64,000 nt of DNA from Callorhinchus milii (GCF_018977255.1 NW_024704746.1:40920001-40984000), one strand, 5' to 3'. Shown: positions 26,316-41,287, numbered from the stretch's first letter. Notes: generated by a model from the sequence alone, not told the origin. Numbers and translations: made by a program.

Positions 26316-28024
26316 AACGTTAGGATAGATTGCAGTCATTGTTAACAAAATCCACAAACCTGGAGCCATTATCCGTCTGGTTATGCACTTGAACAAGTAG
26401 GGCAAGGGGAGAGTGGGGATTGATGGAGCTAAAGAGCGTGGGGAGAGAAAAGATAACAGAAAGTGCTGACTCGGTCTTTGAACATGGGAAGAGAGGGAAA
26501 GAGTAGGACGAACTAGATGGAGTTTGTCTGACAACATCAGTCACCAACATCCCAGAACACCAACCAAAATTACTGTATGTACAAGTCATTCAGCCACTGA
26601 GATCAAAACCTTGTTCATACAATAGGTATTAAGTAGTTTTGGATTCCTGACACCAAGCACCAATACAGATAAGCTTTTAACACAAAATATACATATATTT
26701 TTCAAATAGTCTACTCGCGCATTGCTAGATTCCTTTTAAAAACATAATACTGTGGAGCTCCCTTGCTTTTTATTCTTTTATAATTCTGTAGAATTAGCCT
26801 CAGCCAAACAGCCCTGGGAAAAAATCAGCCTAGGTTCCCACTTCCAATCATTTTCCAGAGAGTCCTGCTGGAGGGTTTGTTTGGTGACGTCGTGTAAGCA
26901 CAAGATCAGGCTTACTGGCCACTTGGGTAAGGTATTGGAGGTTGCGCAGTGCATAGAAGGGAAAAGGAGTCACAAAGCTTTCGTGAAACAAGGGAAAGGA
27001 AAAGAAGTATACTATTATGAGGTATGGTACTATTTTTGTCCAGATAAGTCTAGACTTGATAACTTGGGCAAGTCAGACAAATCACAACAGGGAGGAAAAG
27101 AAACAAAGCTTCATTTGTAATTCAAGGAAAGGGAGAGTAATTGATGTGATGTAAACTAATCAGATGCTTAAAATGCAAGGTGTATGAGACAAATTAATTC
27201 AAAATAAATTAAGATGTATTATTCTGTAGTAAAATGTATTTGTGTGTAAAAAATAAATTAAGGTGGAGTATAATCGAAAAGAGGTCTTTTAAATTATTTC
27301 AGAAAACTCCACCTCTGGGCTACAGGGTTAAGACGTGATACTATTCCTTAAGCTCCTCAAGACTGGCGAATAATTGTTAAGAACAGGGTTACAGCTGAAC
27401 AACAATTGTGCACATTCGGTGGCTCTTGACTTCCATTTGATTAGTATACAGAGCACAGTGCAGGCTCTATTCAGATCACTTCCTGACTACCTCTGGTGCG
27501 TCCACACCTGTTGAGGTCCCTGGACAAAACACTCCCACAGGTGCACAAAATTGTGTTTTGCTTCCTGCCTGAAACTTATTGTAGACTTTCCTCTGGGGAT
27601 TAGCAAAGGGAAGGGAACTTGCTTGATAGAAATTTGTTCAAAGCTCATTTTCGGTTCTTGCAATTCACAATTAAGCTGGACGTATCAACATTCCTTGTAT
27701 GAAGTAAACCATATGGTTGATGCTAATTCTTTAATGAATGAATGAATACATACATACATACATATATACATTCTTTAATAGAACCATTGCCACAAATGTT
27801 GACATGATACCATGTGAACATTTACACAATCAGATGCTCTAGATTGCTTTGAATGAAAAAAATGCTAAAATGTAACCATCTGTGTTAATTGAGAGGCTCG
27901 AAAGTATTTTATCAATCTTGTACTTAATAAGATCACTGCAATTGGGGAATAAATACAAATGAATACCATTTAGACTAGGGGTCTAAATGTGTGCAAACAG
28001 ACGACAGACACACCTGTACACCTG

Positions 28025-28520
28025 GGCTATTCCTGGGCTATTCTCTTCAACCGTGCCTTCAGCTCCCCTCTCGACTCTCTACCCCCTCCTCGCTCCCTCC
28101 CCTCACCCTGACCAGTTCCCCCCTGCTCGGGTCCCGACCCAACTGTCCAGCGCCTTGGGACGTTCTCCCAACGTGAAAGGTGCTCTATAAATGCAATCTT
28201 GTTGTTGTTGTATTCCTGCAGTTCAATCAGACAACTGAGACTATACTAACTTATTCCATACAATCTGAAGAAAATCACAAAGAATATATTCTGCCACTCC
28301 CTCCCAACCCCACTCTCCGGAACTCCATCTGGTCTGTCTGACTCACTCCCTTCCTCTCCACATTCAAAGCCTGCCTCAAGACATACCTCCTTGGCTGCTT
28401 TCAGTCATCTTTCCCCTCTTCGAGCCCCTCTCCTGGTTTGGGTATCCAACCAGGAGTGTTGAGCACTTTGAGACATTCTCCCAGTGTGAAAGATGTTATA
28501 TAAATGTAAATTGTGTGGTA
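28025..28520 (+). mobile_element. Two tandem L2 3' ends
   Basis: cagcgccttgggacgttctcccaacgtgaaaggtgctctataaatgcaatcttgttg (ends about 28211) and a second copy at 28300-28520. Confidence 0.8.
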
Positions 28521-30263
28521 TTATTTTTCTATCAACAAAGTCTCCAGAGCAAAGTCACAGAGTGGTGTTGAAACCAGTGTGATATATTATGAACTTCAAC
28601 CCTGATTGCACTCATGTTGTTAGAGGATGACACAGAACAACTTTTTATCTCCCTATCCCACCACCCCACCTGGAAAGGGAAAACTGAGGTTTTAACATCC
28701 TATCTCTTCATGGACATGTCAACAGCAGAGGCAAGGGGAAGTGATCTCTGCCTGGAATCTTGGCTCTGAAAATTGTGCAAAATATAGGAAGAAAGAGACT
28801 ATTTTTTCAAAACATATGTATAATCAATACCTTATTCAGAGTGCCCAGATCAGCACCCTCTGTGTCATCCCTGATATTCTACAATCAATGCTTTCTCGCT
28901 TGTTGGTGTAATGTTTATCGAAAAGGCGACATTTGGACAGCTACATCTGCCTCATAAAGACATTTCTAACAAATGCTCCCCTTTTACTCAGTGGGACATT
29001 TAGAGGAGCCCTTTCAAGATCTTGCAATAAACCACTTCTCCATTCATCACAGTCCATTGGGCACCGCAGTGCTGAGCCAAGCACATTTCTAATAACCAAT
29101 GATGGATTTGGATGGCAACAGGGCCATTAAAGACAACTGTGCCAAAACTATGTTTACATTCTTACAAACTGGGAACAAAGGAAGGCTAACGTAGACTTAT
29201 ATATTACCAGAAAGAAAACTGAGAAGTATGGAACAGGGAAGCAATGAAAAGCCAAGAGTTTTTACAAATCTAATGTTACACAGTCAAAGAAAAACATTGA
29301 ACGACACTACACTGGGCAAGAATGAAAGCTTCTGCAAAAGCGAAAGAGAAGCACATAGCATATGAGCTACTGCAGAAATAGATATAATAAGTAAACAAAC
29401 AGGATAAATGACAAACGGAATTAACTGTCGAAGGAAAAATAAGCAGATGGGAACTCAAAGTGTGCGTCTGATTATACATTACTTTTTCCCTGAGGTTTTC
29501 AAAATTTCCATTCGTTGATCGATGGCATTTACAATGAAGCAGTACTATCCCAGACATGCCACATTAAAAAGAATTCCTCCTGCCTTCAGAGGTCAAAGAA
29601 GACTAGGAATGAACAATAGTAACAGCTGAGAAGTGCAGCTAGTCTCCCCATTCTAGCCACAGATGCCACATTTACAGTGCAACAATTCCCACTCACGGCA
29701 ACTTTGCTGTCACTGGCAGCATTATAACAGAACTGAGGTAATGTTGCTGCCTTGAGACAGCAAGCTGCAGGTTGCTTGTTGCCTTCTCTTACAGTGCCAG
29801 CACCATTATATTCTGGCTGCAGTTGGGTTAAAAGTTCAGCCCATTCACATAGACTAATAACACAGTTTATACTTCATTGGTCTTTGTGGACTTTACCTAA
29901 TAGCAGGGAAACTACATTTGCCAGAAAAAGAAAGTTCAGATTCCTGACTTTGGAACCAAATAGATCTGATTTCTGATAAAAAAATACAACAATGTTACAT
30001 TTATGTAGCTTTCCAAGTCGAGAGGATGTCTCAAACAGCTTCACGTAGCTGACCATCAGCCTGAAGGGAGACCGAATCATATGAGTCTCCCCGATTGGCC
30101 AGATTGATCTTGGGCGATTCCCAAAGCCATCAACCTTTGAAGACCTGAGAGTGAAATGGATGATTGCAGGGAGATCATAGAATCATACGGCGCAGAAGGA
30201 AGCCACCTGCTGCTCTTTCCCCTTTTCTGAGTTTCTTTTTCCAATATTTATCCAAATCTGTAC

Positions 30264-30570
30264 AGTCCTTTAGCTCAGTGGTTAGAGCACTCGCCTCGCA
30301 AGCGAGAGACTTGGGTTCGAATCTCGGCAGAGCGAAACCTTGGCAGATTCCTTACTCCACACACCTGATACCAATCCCTCAAGGAAAAATGGATAAAATT
30401 GATCACTTCAATCCCGACTATTTTTGGGACACTGCTGTTCGCAATTGGCTGCCACGTTTCGCCCACAAATATACAATCAATTCACTTTACAGTATATTCT
30501 GTGAAGTGCTTTGACTCAGCTAGAAGATGTGAAAAGTGCTATATCAAATGCAAGGATTATTATTATTATT
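30264..30570 (+). mobile_element. Family A SINE, short form
   Basis: Head tagctcagtggttagagcactcgcctcgcaagcgagagacttgggttcgaatctc, Deu core, (tta)n. Confidence 0.93.
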
Positions 30571-30814
30571 AAATATCTTTTGTAATTTTGTTGTTGTATT
30601 ATGGATTCTGGTCCAACCATAATTTTAGTAGAGCATTCATATCCTGAAGAATCCTTTCTATAAAATAAATTATCCTAATCTTATCCTTTTTTTAAGGCAA
30701 AGGACTCATTTGAACAAAGGATCATCTCAGTGCCAGACTTCTTCTTTGACTACAGTCCAGCTTCCAGCAACAGAGGGTCAGCCTGAGACACCTGTGGGAT
30801 TCATTGCTTCACAA

Positions 30815-31050
30815 GATCACAAGAGAGGTTCAGATGAAGAAGGTCCTTTTATCTTGTCCTTCTAGAATACCCTCCCTACCATCACAGCATTGCATTAAGC
30901 TGTTTCTGGAATGAGTCTACTATCCTCAACTTAATAACTCATTCCAGTCACTACTTACCCTCTGGGGAAATAAATATTTCCTGGTTTCTATTTTGAAATT
31001 GATCTTTGCAACCCTGAAACTGTGCTTTCTTGCTTTGCTGCCCTGAAAAC
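30815..31050 (-). mobile_element. CR1 3' end fragment
   Basis: Homologous to 41288-41530 and 62360-62595. Confidence 0.7.
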
Positions 31051-34000
31051 ACTGGTCTGTACAACTGCTTTTGCAAATATGGCAAATTAAACCCCATTAT
31101 TGTTGTGAATTCTGCCTGGAAAGTAAACTAGATAAATCTACAGCACTAGAAACCCATGCTATTGCTGAGCCATTACCATTTACAGGGGCTCAGCAGCACA
31201 CCATGGTATCAGTCCAGTATTTGCTTCAGGAACCTGAAGGCACAGACAGGGCGAAGAGGATAGGGTGGTGCTGCATTAGAAGCTACAGAGTTTAAAGCAA
31301 TGGAAAATTCAGAACTGGGACAAAAGAAATGCAGACTATTCGCAACAGATACAATAGAAAGTGGTTTGCATCAAGTTGTATACTTAGTTCTTTACAGCAA
31401 TAATATTTCCTTGTGTTTGCCTCCTCCATCACCTATTGTGATAAGTGGTTAAAAGTTAAAGAAACCCAATAATCCCTTTTAGAGGCAAAGCTTTGCACAT
31501 TCTTTGGGTGATATGGAAGAAGACAGATGAGTTCTTTCTTAAAATCGCAGCTATTAAGAGAATTTAAGGGTGGGGGAGGGGGTAAACATGAGGCTAGTGG
31601 TAATCTGCAGAAAACCCTTAGTGTGTCTGTGCAAAGAAAACACAGGGGTCATCAGAAAAACAAGAGAGAAACACTAAATTAAAGCTTCCATTGTTTTCCA
31701 ATGGGAGTGAGTTTGACCTTTGCCTTTGCATTGAGAGCTCATGGAAACTGGAGCTTATTTGAGAAAAGACAAACAAGTTGAGCCCTTACATTTTCAATGG
31801 TTCTTTAATACCTGCTGGGGATAGAAAGTTTAAAAAACATTTAGATTCCTGTCCCAGGTTTATATCTGTCAGTAAGGTTTGACCTTTCACGTCAATCTGG
31901 CGTAAAAAAAATCTTTTAAAAACATTTCAGATTTAGAGAGTACTGAAATATATACTGGTGATATTATTCCCCAGTCATTCATCTGCCAATGACTCTTGAT
32001 AGACTTGTCATGATAACGTCACAATTGTTGGCATTTCCACATGAACAATCTGATGCAGCAACAAAGCAATGAACCCCAAACCAGAATAAAACAAGCAAAC
32101 AAAGTTCAATCTATATATTTTAAAATAATAAACACACCACAGTGATTTCAAGATGGTTAGTTAAAAGCTGCTCTGGCATATGCATGAACTTTGAAATGAA
32201 AAGTCTCTCTTGTTGCAGAGCACCATCATTTTCTTTTAATTAAAATAGATCTGGTTCATTAGATATTTTCAATTAAATAGGGTACAAGTTTCTATTAAAC
32301 CAAAGAAACAGTAAAAAAGACCAGTGTCAACTCCGATAAAGAATAGAAGACCAATGAATAAATCATCTTAGTGCAGGTGATAGCTATCAACAAAACATGG
32401 CAACTTCATTATAATGGTGGTATAGTTAATACAGGACAACATAATTATAAAGCCACTCTGTGTGCTACTGTTCCACTTCTGGCAAAGGTCTACTTGGTAC
32501 ACTGACTACACTAAAAATGACTGGCTACACATGTCCGGTCTCTCTGATGTCACTTCTTGAAGAGAATATGCTGCTAATGTCACTTCCTGCACACTGCACA
32601 TGCGTGCTGAACGCAACAATGCAAAGTCATGTCAGCAGCAACCTAAAGATCTGAAATGTGGCCATTTTTTCTGCACTTATAGTGCAGTCACTGATATATT
32701 GGAACCAGGCGATCGGGGTTACTCTGTTAATTAAGTATATTCAGATTGTGGCTGTGGAGTGATCAGGTGAACATGGTTTTAGAAATGATTGGGCTATTCC
32801 AGAGATCACAGAATTCATAGATAAATGGTAGGGATACCATGGGGTTGTTTAAAGTCTTGTATGTATTGTGACAATCCACTGAAGAGAAGGATAAAGGTGC
32901 AGAAACTGTGCTTAATGTCAACCTGTCATTGATTGCTACGGCTCTGTTGGGTAACAAGTGGGAGGTCAGATCACCTCTGTAATACCTGCCATCTGACATC
33001 CAACAGACAACGTAATTGCAAATTACGGAAGCTGAGTTGGAGTTGCAATAAAGTTAACGAAGTGCAGGATTGGTTTTCCATCACATGCCAGTCTGGACCC
33101 TGTGGACTCAACACCTCACCCAACAACAACAATTCCCAATGCCGATAACTGTGGTGTGCACACGTGGAGAAAAATAACAAGAGTTCAGTGTGGCGTGAGC
33201 TGCATCACAGAGTGGTCTGGGAGGCAGTTCCACTAATCCGCCCTCAGGGATCTGATTTAAAGAGCTCAGATCACAGCAGTGAGTTTCTGTCTCTACCAAG
33301 AATTAAACAGGTTTATGTTAATCCGAATCCGTTTCACTAGAATCCATCACCTGTAGAAAACGGGTTGTTAGGGACTCTGTTGTATCCTGTGTTTACAACA
33401 GATGAGTGATTTTGAATTGGATCACGTGACTAGTCCAACTAGTCTGATATGTCCCTCAGGACCAGGAATCTGTATCTAGGCCAGTGAAGTTATAGCCACA
33501 CATTAAATCCTTTCTAAACAGACCTGAGTAAAAGTAATCTAGGTGTATTCAGACCTTTTATAAAAATGATTGTTGGTAAGATGATCTTGTCTGCCCTAAT
33601 GTAGCCTTGAGAGCAGTCATTCTCACTGATAAAGACAAGATGTTCTGCCTCTTACTGAATGTTCCTGATAAGGAGACTCAGTCTAAATATCTATTTGTTT
33701 TCTTTTTATTCCTCCCCTTTCTCCTCCTCAAACCAAGCAATAAATGCCACCACTAATGAGATAATATCTAAGCACTGAAACACAGACTGGCCTTGCTATT
33801 TTCAGACCTTTCGACTCCTCGACAGGCAGGAGCCTGCCTAATGTTCTGCGGCTGCTTATAGTCAATGACATGGTACAAACGGCCTTATCTCCTTGTGGGA
33901 GACATGTCATTGCCAAAACCACTGCGGTTGGATGGGGGAGAAGAATTTCTACAATGGCTGAAGTTAACAGTCTTTTTTAAATTTTGTGCACATTTCTTAA

Positions 34001-36049
34001 CGAAACAAACAAACAAACAAACAAACAACCCCAGTACTGTTCTTCGGGAAATCAGAAAAAAAACAACTGTGGACTGGAAACTGTTGTAGAGGATAGCTAT
34101 AAACAAATATTGTACCTGCATAAAGAACAAGGAATTTGGCAGTACGACAATAGTACGACAATTATCAATGACAATAAAAAAATTACATTTCTATAGCTCC
34201 TATCACATTAGGGAGGAGGAAGATCTTGATCAACAAACTATTGCAGGGATCAGTCTGTCGGCATTAAAAGACCAGACGTTTGGAATTTAAAATGAACTGA
34301 AAATACTGAATGTAAATAAATGGCATAGAAATGACAATAACAGAAGGAATAAAACCAAATGTCTTGTTATTCTCTGATCGAAATTTTGAATTACTGTCAA
34401 GCGATTACTGAATTCCCTTGATTGCTCTGTTGGTAAATGCACGATCCAATCTGGTACTGAACTAGTAATAAATAATAATAATAATAATAAAACTTACATT
34501 TGATATAAAGAGAAGGGAGCTTCTCCAATGTCCTGGCCAACAATGCTGTAAATAAAATAGCTTATTCACTTCATGGCCATTTGTGGGACATTGCCATGTG
34601 CAAATTGGCTGCCATGCTCATCCACAAAATACACAGTCACTCTGCCTTACAGTATATCATGTGAAGTACTTTGAGTTATTCTCCCCATGTGAAAGGAGCT
34701 ATCTGAAATGTAAGAATCATTATTTGACAGATTTGTCTACAAATCCCTTCACTCCCTGGCAGTTTCCTTTCTGACCTCCTTTCCCACTCCACTACCCACT
34801 GTAAATTTGTAAATTTGTTATATACTGAAAACTAGCAGCTTCAGATAAAATTTGTCATTCACTTCATGGCTATTTGTGGGACATTGTTGTATACAAATTG
34901 GCTGCCACATTTGCCTATAAATACACAGTCACGACACTTTACAGTAAAATCCTGTAAAGTGCTTTGAGTTGTTTTGACAACATGACAAAGCACCATATCA
35001 AATGTGAGGATTATTTTTTTGCTGAATTCATCCCTTAAATTTTACTACAGCAATCAGAGTGCTTCTCATTTTCCACCTCAATGGATGCGTCACAGCTTGA
35101 ACAGATAAACCGACAGACAGCAAGGCTGAGATTCAACCATTACCATCAGCAGATCCAACATAAATGAACTACGATACTGAAGGTCCAGAGTCAGCATTTT
35201 AAGACTTTATCCTTTATCACCGTAATAAGAAATCCTTTAACTTGTCAGAATGCAAAAGGCTTGCCATGAATAATTTAGGTCGGTGAAAAAAGAAATGAAA
35301 GAACCGCAGGAAAAAATGTACATTATCGCACCAACCAAAATCTATCATTTAAACATATCTGTAAAGTATTCCCATATGTTTGGGGGAAATTGTTTGGAAC
35401 GACTCATTGATGAATGTGCATACTGATGCAGGATGTTGAAGCATGTATGAAGTTGGAAATGCTCCATGTCTGGAGCAAGCTCGATCGACAGAGTGTGTTG
35501 TACTCTATCTGCAGGAAGTTCATAAAAATGGCAAATGAATCTGTTACTGGCCTGATGGTTGCTGCTGACTGCTGTGTGTAGCAATGGAGATATTCCCAAA
35601 CCCCCAAAACATTTTGGAATCTTTAAAAACCAAGCATTTCTTCAGATAATACTTCACAAAGAAGGCTTTATTTAGTGTTTAGCACTTTTAAGATTAAGGC
35701 AGTCCGAAATAGCAAAGCTGATGAACAGTAGCAAATGTCACTGGTTCAACCCCACGGCTAACCTGTAATGAATCAGTCATTAATCATTATGTAAAGAGAC
35801 ACCAGTGCAAGATTATCCTTGGGTATATATTTTGCATGTTTTACAATCAGTTATCTGGGGAATGTTGCTCTCTATCAGTTATCTAAGGAATGTTTCTTTT
35901 TTAAATCTGATATTCAAGCCACATGTGTTTTTATTTTCCACAAAATATTTCAGCAAATGTAGTATCAGAAACATTCAATACGCACACATATTTTTGCTTG
36001 CAGCAAACCGTTGCTAGGATAGTCATGTTTCTGTTCTAACAAGCTTATT

Positions 36050-36541
36050 TAGAACAGATCATCCAGAACCCTCCAGCCTGTGTCCTCTCCCGCACCAGGC
36101 TCCGTGACCCTATCATCCCCATCCTCGCCACTAGCTTCCCATCACATAGAGTATACAGTTCAAGATCCTGGTCCTCCACTGCCATGCCCTGTCTCTGCGA
36201 CCACCTAACCCCCTACCACCCTGCCCACTGCCTCTGCTCAGTGGGCTCCGGCCTGCTTGATATCCCCCACCTCGACTACCCCACCATTGAGGGCGAGCCT
36301 TCTGCCACTCTGCCCCCAACCTCTGGAACTCCATCCTGCAGTCCCTCTGCCTCACCCACTCCTTGCCTCCTTCAAGGCCCTTCCCAAGACCCTCCTCTTC
36401 AACCGTGCCTGTGATCACCCTTCTTCTCCCTCTGCCCTCCACCCTCCCCGATCCTAACTCCAAGCTCGGTTGTGAAACACTGATTGCCCAGGGTCCTTGG
36501 GATGTCTTCCCGACAAATATAATTTTGTTGTTGTTGTTGTT
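36050..36541 (+). mobile_element. L2 LINE 3' end
   Basis: cctatcatccccatcctcgcc...ttcaagatcctggtcctc...ctctggaactcc...(ttg)n tail. Confidence 0.85.
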
Positions 36542-37024
36542 CCCAACACAATACTTTATACAGATTCAGATGAAACAAGTAAAAGGCAAAGATGAACGAG
36601 TGAATGAGAAGTAAACTAAATGTCAGATAAATGTATGAATGACAAGTCAAATAAAGAAAGATAAATGAAGAAGAAAATATTTGCTCTTGAGTAAAATTAG
36701 TCAAAAAGGGGAAAAGACAATAAGACAATAAACAAGTTACCTTGAACTGAAAATAATAATCCTTGCATTTGATAGAGCACTTTATCAACTTGAAACGTCT
36801 CAAAATGCTTCACAGAGTTCACTGTAATTCGTCGTAACTGTGCTTTTGTGGGCAAACAAATTGTTGTGTCAGACTGGCTCAACTGGTCTTGCCTGAGTCA
36901 GAAGATTGTGGGTTCAAGCCCCATGTCAGGACTTTGAACTTACATAGTCTTCGCTGACACTCCAATGTAGTGTTGTGCAATAAAACTCATATAAGTTGTA
37001 TCAATAGGGACCATAATATTTAAT

Positions 37025-37335
37025 ATGACTCACATTGCGCACGCGTAATTTAATGCAGCCGGTAAGTGCGCATGTGGTAGTTTGTCACTACAGGCAGTAA
37101 TTGCACATGCGGTGATGCGTCAAGAATATATTTCCCACGATTCAATTCGTCTTGAGTTGTTGCCACATATGCACTTACTGGAATCGTACTGAATAGCGAA
37201 AAATGAAGGTCTACGCACTTGTCAACGGATCACCACTATGCTTCTCGCGATTCAACGCAGTTGGCTGGCAAGTGCGCATAGGTCGACAGGTCAGAATGGC
37301 ATTTTCCGCAATTCAAGGCAGCCGGCAGGTGCAGG
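37025..37335. repeat. CpG-rich block of dispersed about 40-bp direct and inverted units (probable DNA-transposon remnant)
   Basis: Unit like gcRattcaaYgcagccggYaagtgcgcat at about 37045, 37247 and 37308 (+) and 37162-37205 (-). Confidence 0.6.
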
Positions 37336-39156
37336 AGTAATGGAGGATATGGGAGTGGCGTTACAAAAACTGGTCATTCATGTCATGGCTGATCGTGTAT
37401 GAAATGGGCTACTGCATTCACCTTCAAGAACACAGTCACTATCTTGGTCACTACCTCAACAACAACAACAACAAGATATTTGTATAGCGCCTTTCACATC
37501 GGGAGGACGTCCCAAGGTGCTGACCTCAGTTTGAAGTCTCATCCAAAATCTGACAATACAGCAATTCTCCAGCATGTCGGCCATGAAGGGCAAAGTGATT
37601 GAATAAATATTACAGAGATAAGAAAATAGAAACACAAAATTGGAACAAACAATGAACAGCATGAACAAAAAGCTACAAAAGTAGTAAAAATTCAAAGCAC
37701 AAAAGTGAAAAAAGAGAGAAGATTAAAAAAGAGAAGAAAATTGATGGCTGCTTCCTCGAACTCCCTGTACCTTTGGCTCAATTAATTCCCCCTCCTCCAT
37801 GCATATATAATTTGTATAAATTTGGTTCCAGAAGATCTGAGATCTCTACCTCATAACAAAGGATCAATGTATATGATCAGCTACTTTCATGAAATACTGT
37901 ATAGTCCAAATATGTTCAAATTGCCATCAACAATGCACGTGTGCTGACAAATTCAGTATAGCACTGTTGGGAACACCTTACAAATTCTACTAAGATGCAA
38001 TTGGTGGCAGTTCAAAGGGAAGATAATGTAAAGAAGAGAATTAAAACATCAAAGCATATATTGTATTAAAATGTTATAAAACTAGAGATCAAAGCTGCCA
38101 ACATCTTTTGCATATGAGTTATACACTTTTTAATTTTTTTTACAAGAAAACTATTGAAATTGATACCATGATTGTGCAAGAGCAGACTTATCTGATTCTT
38201 TTAATTTTTATTTCAAAATATAAATTTGGTTTCAGTTGTAAAAGACAAGATGAAAGAGGTAATAGTTTTCAATACACCATTCATGTCATGTGGTTTTTAT
38301 TATTGGGGGGAAAAAAATCAGCGGCAACACAGGAGGTAACATATGGCAAGCTGATAAAATAAATGTATTTGCAATTCTAATTTCAAAGGCAATGGGTGTG
38401 GTTAGCTGTTGTAAGTGTTGAGATCAAAGAGGAAGCTTTTCCACCGCTACTCTTTCTTCAGTGCTGTCAAAAAGAGACCCTTTCAGAAATTGCGTTTTAT
38501 TGTCCAAACCCTGAGAGTTCATATTTGTTCTGCAAACAAGCAGGCTTTTTAGATAGGGCATCGAACAGGAAAGAATCAACATCAACAACTCTGACTGAGA
38601 CCAGCTGGAACTTCAAGGATAGCTGCAGCACACAGATAAATGAGACCCAATGTTAGCTTTCTAATTGTGAAATTCTTCTTAATCTTACTTTCATACGTGT
38701 CAATCAGCATGCTACTCCACTACTTAGTACAGTATTTGGAAAGTTAACTATAACTTGCCTTGACTGTCACCGTACTTAGTCAAACAAAATTCCTTTGAGA
38801 CTATAGTAGCATTGCTTATTGAAATCCAGTGCTTAGGGTTGAGTGAATCTTTCCAATAACTTCCACCTCACTAAACATGTAGCAGGTAATGGATACCTCT
38901 CACCAAATTATAAGATATTAATCTAATTGAATCATTTATATGACAGTATACACTTGAGAGTCGAGCTTGAATGCTTCATAGTGTTTGTTTGAAATATATG
39001 TGTGGCAGAGTACATTGTGGTGTGTGAATACTGCAATTCTGTATGTGTGTGTGTGTGTTTGTAGTGTTCTTGTGGAGTACACATACAAGGTAAAAGGCAT
39101 AACTGACTTTACAACTGGGATGCAAGAATATACTGGATCATCTGGTTGTAACTTAT

Positions 39157-39380
39157 ACAACAACAAGGATTCATATAGCTCCGTTTACGCGAGATAGTGT
39201 CCGGGATCGCTTGCCAATCGTGGAGTTTGATGCCAAACCAGGGGGAGAGGGAATGGGGAGGTGACCATAAGCACACTCAAAAAGGAAGGTCTTTAGGCTG
39301 GATTTGAGCATGGGAAGGGAAGGGGCAAAGTGTAGGGATTGTGGGAGAGGGTTCCTGAGTTTCGGCGCATAGTGGCTTAT
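39157..39380 (-). mobile_element. L2 LINE 3' end
   Basis: Reverse complement resembles 63065-63293; another minus copy at about 60955-61165. Confidence 0.8.
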
Positions 39381-41287
39381 ACAATTCTGGTTAACTTTAT
39401 TGATAACTTTGGAATGTTAATCCTGTTGCATATATTATTGTGTAGTTAATGGAAGGCTGCAGTTCATAAGAACTACAGTGAAAATAAGCTACTTGTATTC
39501 TGTTATTGCTATCTCAATTTAAGTAGTGAAATAGAATGAAATAGTTTAGATATGCTGAACATATGCAGACTGTATTCAGTGGAATTTTATACAGTATTAA
39601 CTCAAGATCAGGACTCAGATCAAGATCAAGTGCTTTAGCAGGTATTATTACATCGCCTTCTGGGTTAACAAAGTGTCTTCATAACAAGCTTCTAGTAGAT
39701 TTGCGAATATAAGTGATATGACTACTAACAATGTGTTTAATAGAGACAGAGGATTTTAAGAACATAAGAGAGCGTGGAATGGGAAAATGCCTCCAGTACA
39801 CAAGTTACATGATCATGGACTTCAACCAATTCATTCTATCTCATGAGACAAAGTTCGGCATAGTTACTCCTAGAAATATAAAGGTGTTGGTCTAGCTCAG
39901 TTGGTAGTACTCTAACCGCTGAGTCAGAAGGTTATGGATTCAAGCTCATTATTCTTATCATTATTATGAATAAAGGTGATCAAATAAAACCTGCAAAATG
40001 TTTCCATCAATCCCCACAGCTCCACTGCTCAAACCTGGTTTCATTTGTTTTATATACAACCTAACTAACCTCAGCAGTACAGAAATCATTGTATCCTGTG
40101 GTGTATTTGTTCATCTCAGTCTGCACCTATCCCCATCTCCTCCAATACCGTTCCAGAGCAGATACTTATCCAGTTTTAAAAAAAGAGTTAATTAAATTGC
40201 TTTTGTTCAGAGTCTGTTCCACATATCCATTGCTCAGTGGGGTAAAAGACATTCTTCTCATGTCTAGTCATTTAATTCACACCACATCTGCCAGGGCTAA
40301 TCATTTTCAATATGGGCAGGCAGAGGGAAGTAGATCACGTGGTTCAATCTTCATTTTAATCTGAGCCTGGTTGACAGGTATTGTGAAGAGCAGGAATTAA
40401 CACTATAAATTAATCAGCATGTCAATCATTTGCTCTGATCCAGAGAGACAACAAGGGAGGAAGCAGGGCCCCAGATAAGGTTCAAAGTCTGCTTGTTCTC
40501 AATCATTGATTATTCCGTACATTTCCCCACCCCCAACTTTCTCTCTCAAGGTGCTGACTCACTTCAACCTTAACTCAGAACCCTTCCCCACCCCCAGGTG
40601 ATGGTGCTTTTTGTGTGAGTCTAGACAGTGAGTTTCAACAGACTATTAACTATTAACTGGCAGGAGGCATCACAGCAGATGTCACTGGATAACAATCAGA
40701 CGGGGAACTCTGGCTACTTGAAATTGCTGCCAGTGGCCTCTATAGAATGTGACTCATTTTATGGACCTAAACCACCAAGCTACAAAAAAAAACTTGCATT
40801 CATAACACTCTTTATGTTGAGTAACATCAGGGAGTGCTCTATGTCTAGGCAGCAAACAGGGAAAGTGTATTGGGGGTGGGGTGGGGTGGGGAGAGGTTTA
40901 GCTGCATTGAGGATGAGATAGAGAAGAAAGCAGGCAATGTGACAAAGATACAGTAAAGCAGATTTGCTTAGGGCCTGGATGTGAGGAAGGGGAAAGAGTT
41001 CTGAAGGTTGCGTTTTGGTTCACTCTGACTCTGCAGTGTATTATATGATATAAAAATGAACACAGATATATAAATGGTTTTAATGTTTATCGATCGCACA
41101 TTTAGGTTACGTGTTGGAGGAAAATGCTTATTGGGACAAGAAAAAATAAATTGCATTTTAATAGCATCTTATACATTGAAATGTTAAAGTGCTTTGAATT
41201 AATTGCTGTCAAGTGTTGTGACTATATATTGCTAGGTAAACCCAGTGACCATTTTGTCCACTGTGAGATCCCTCAAGCGTTATTTCA

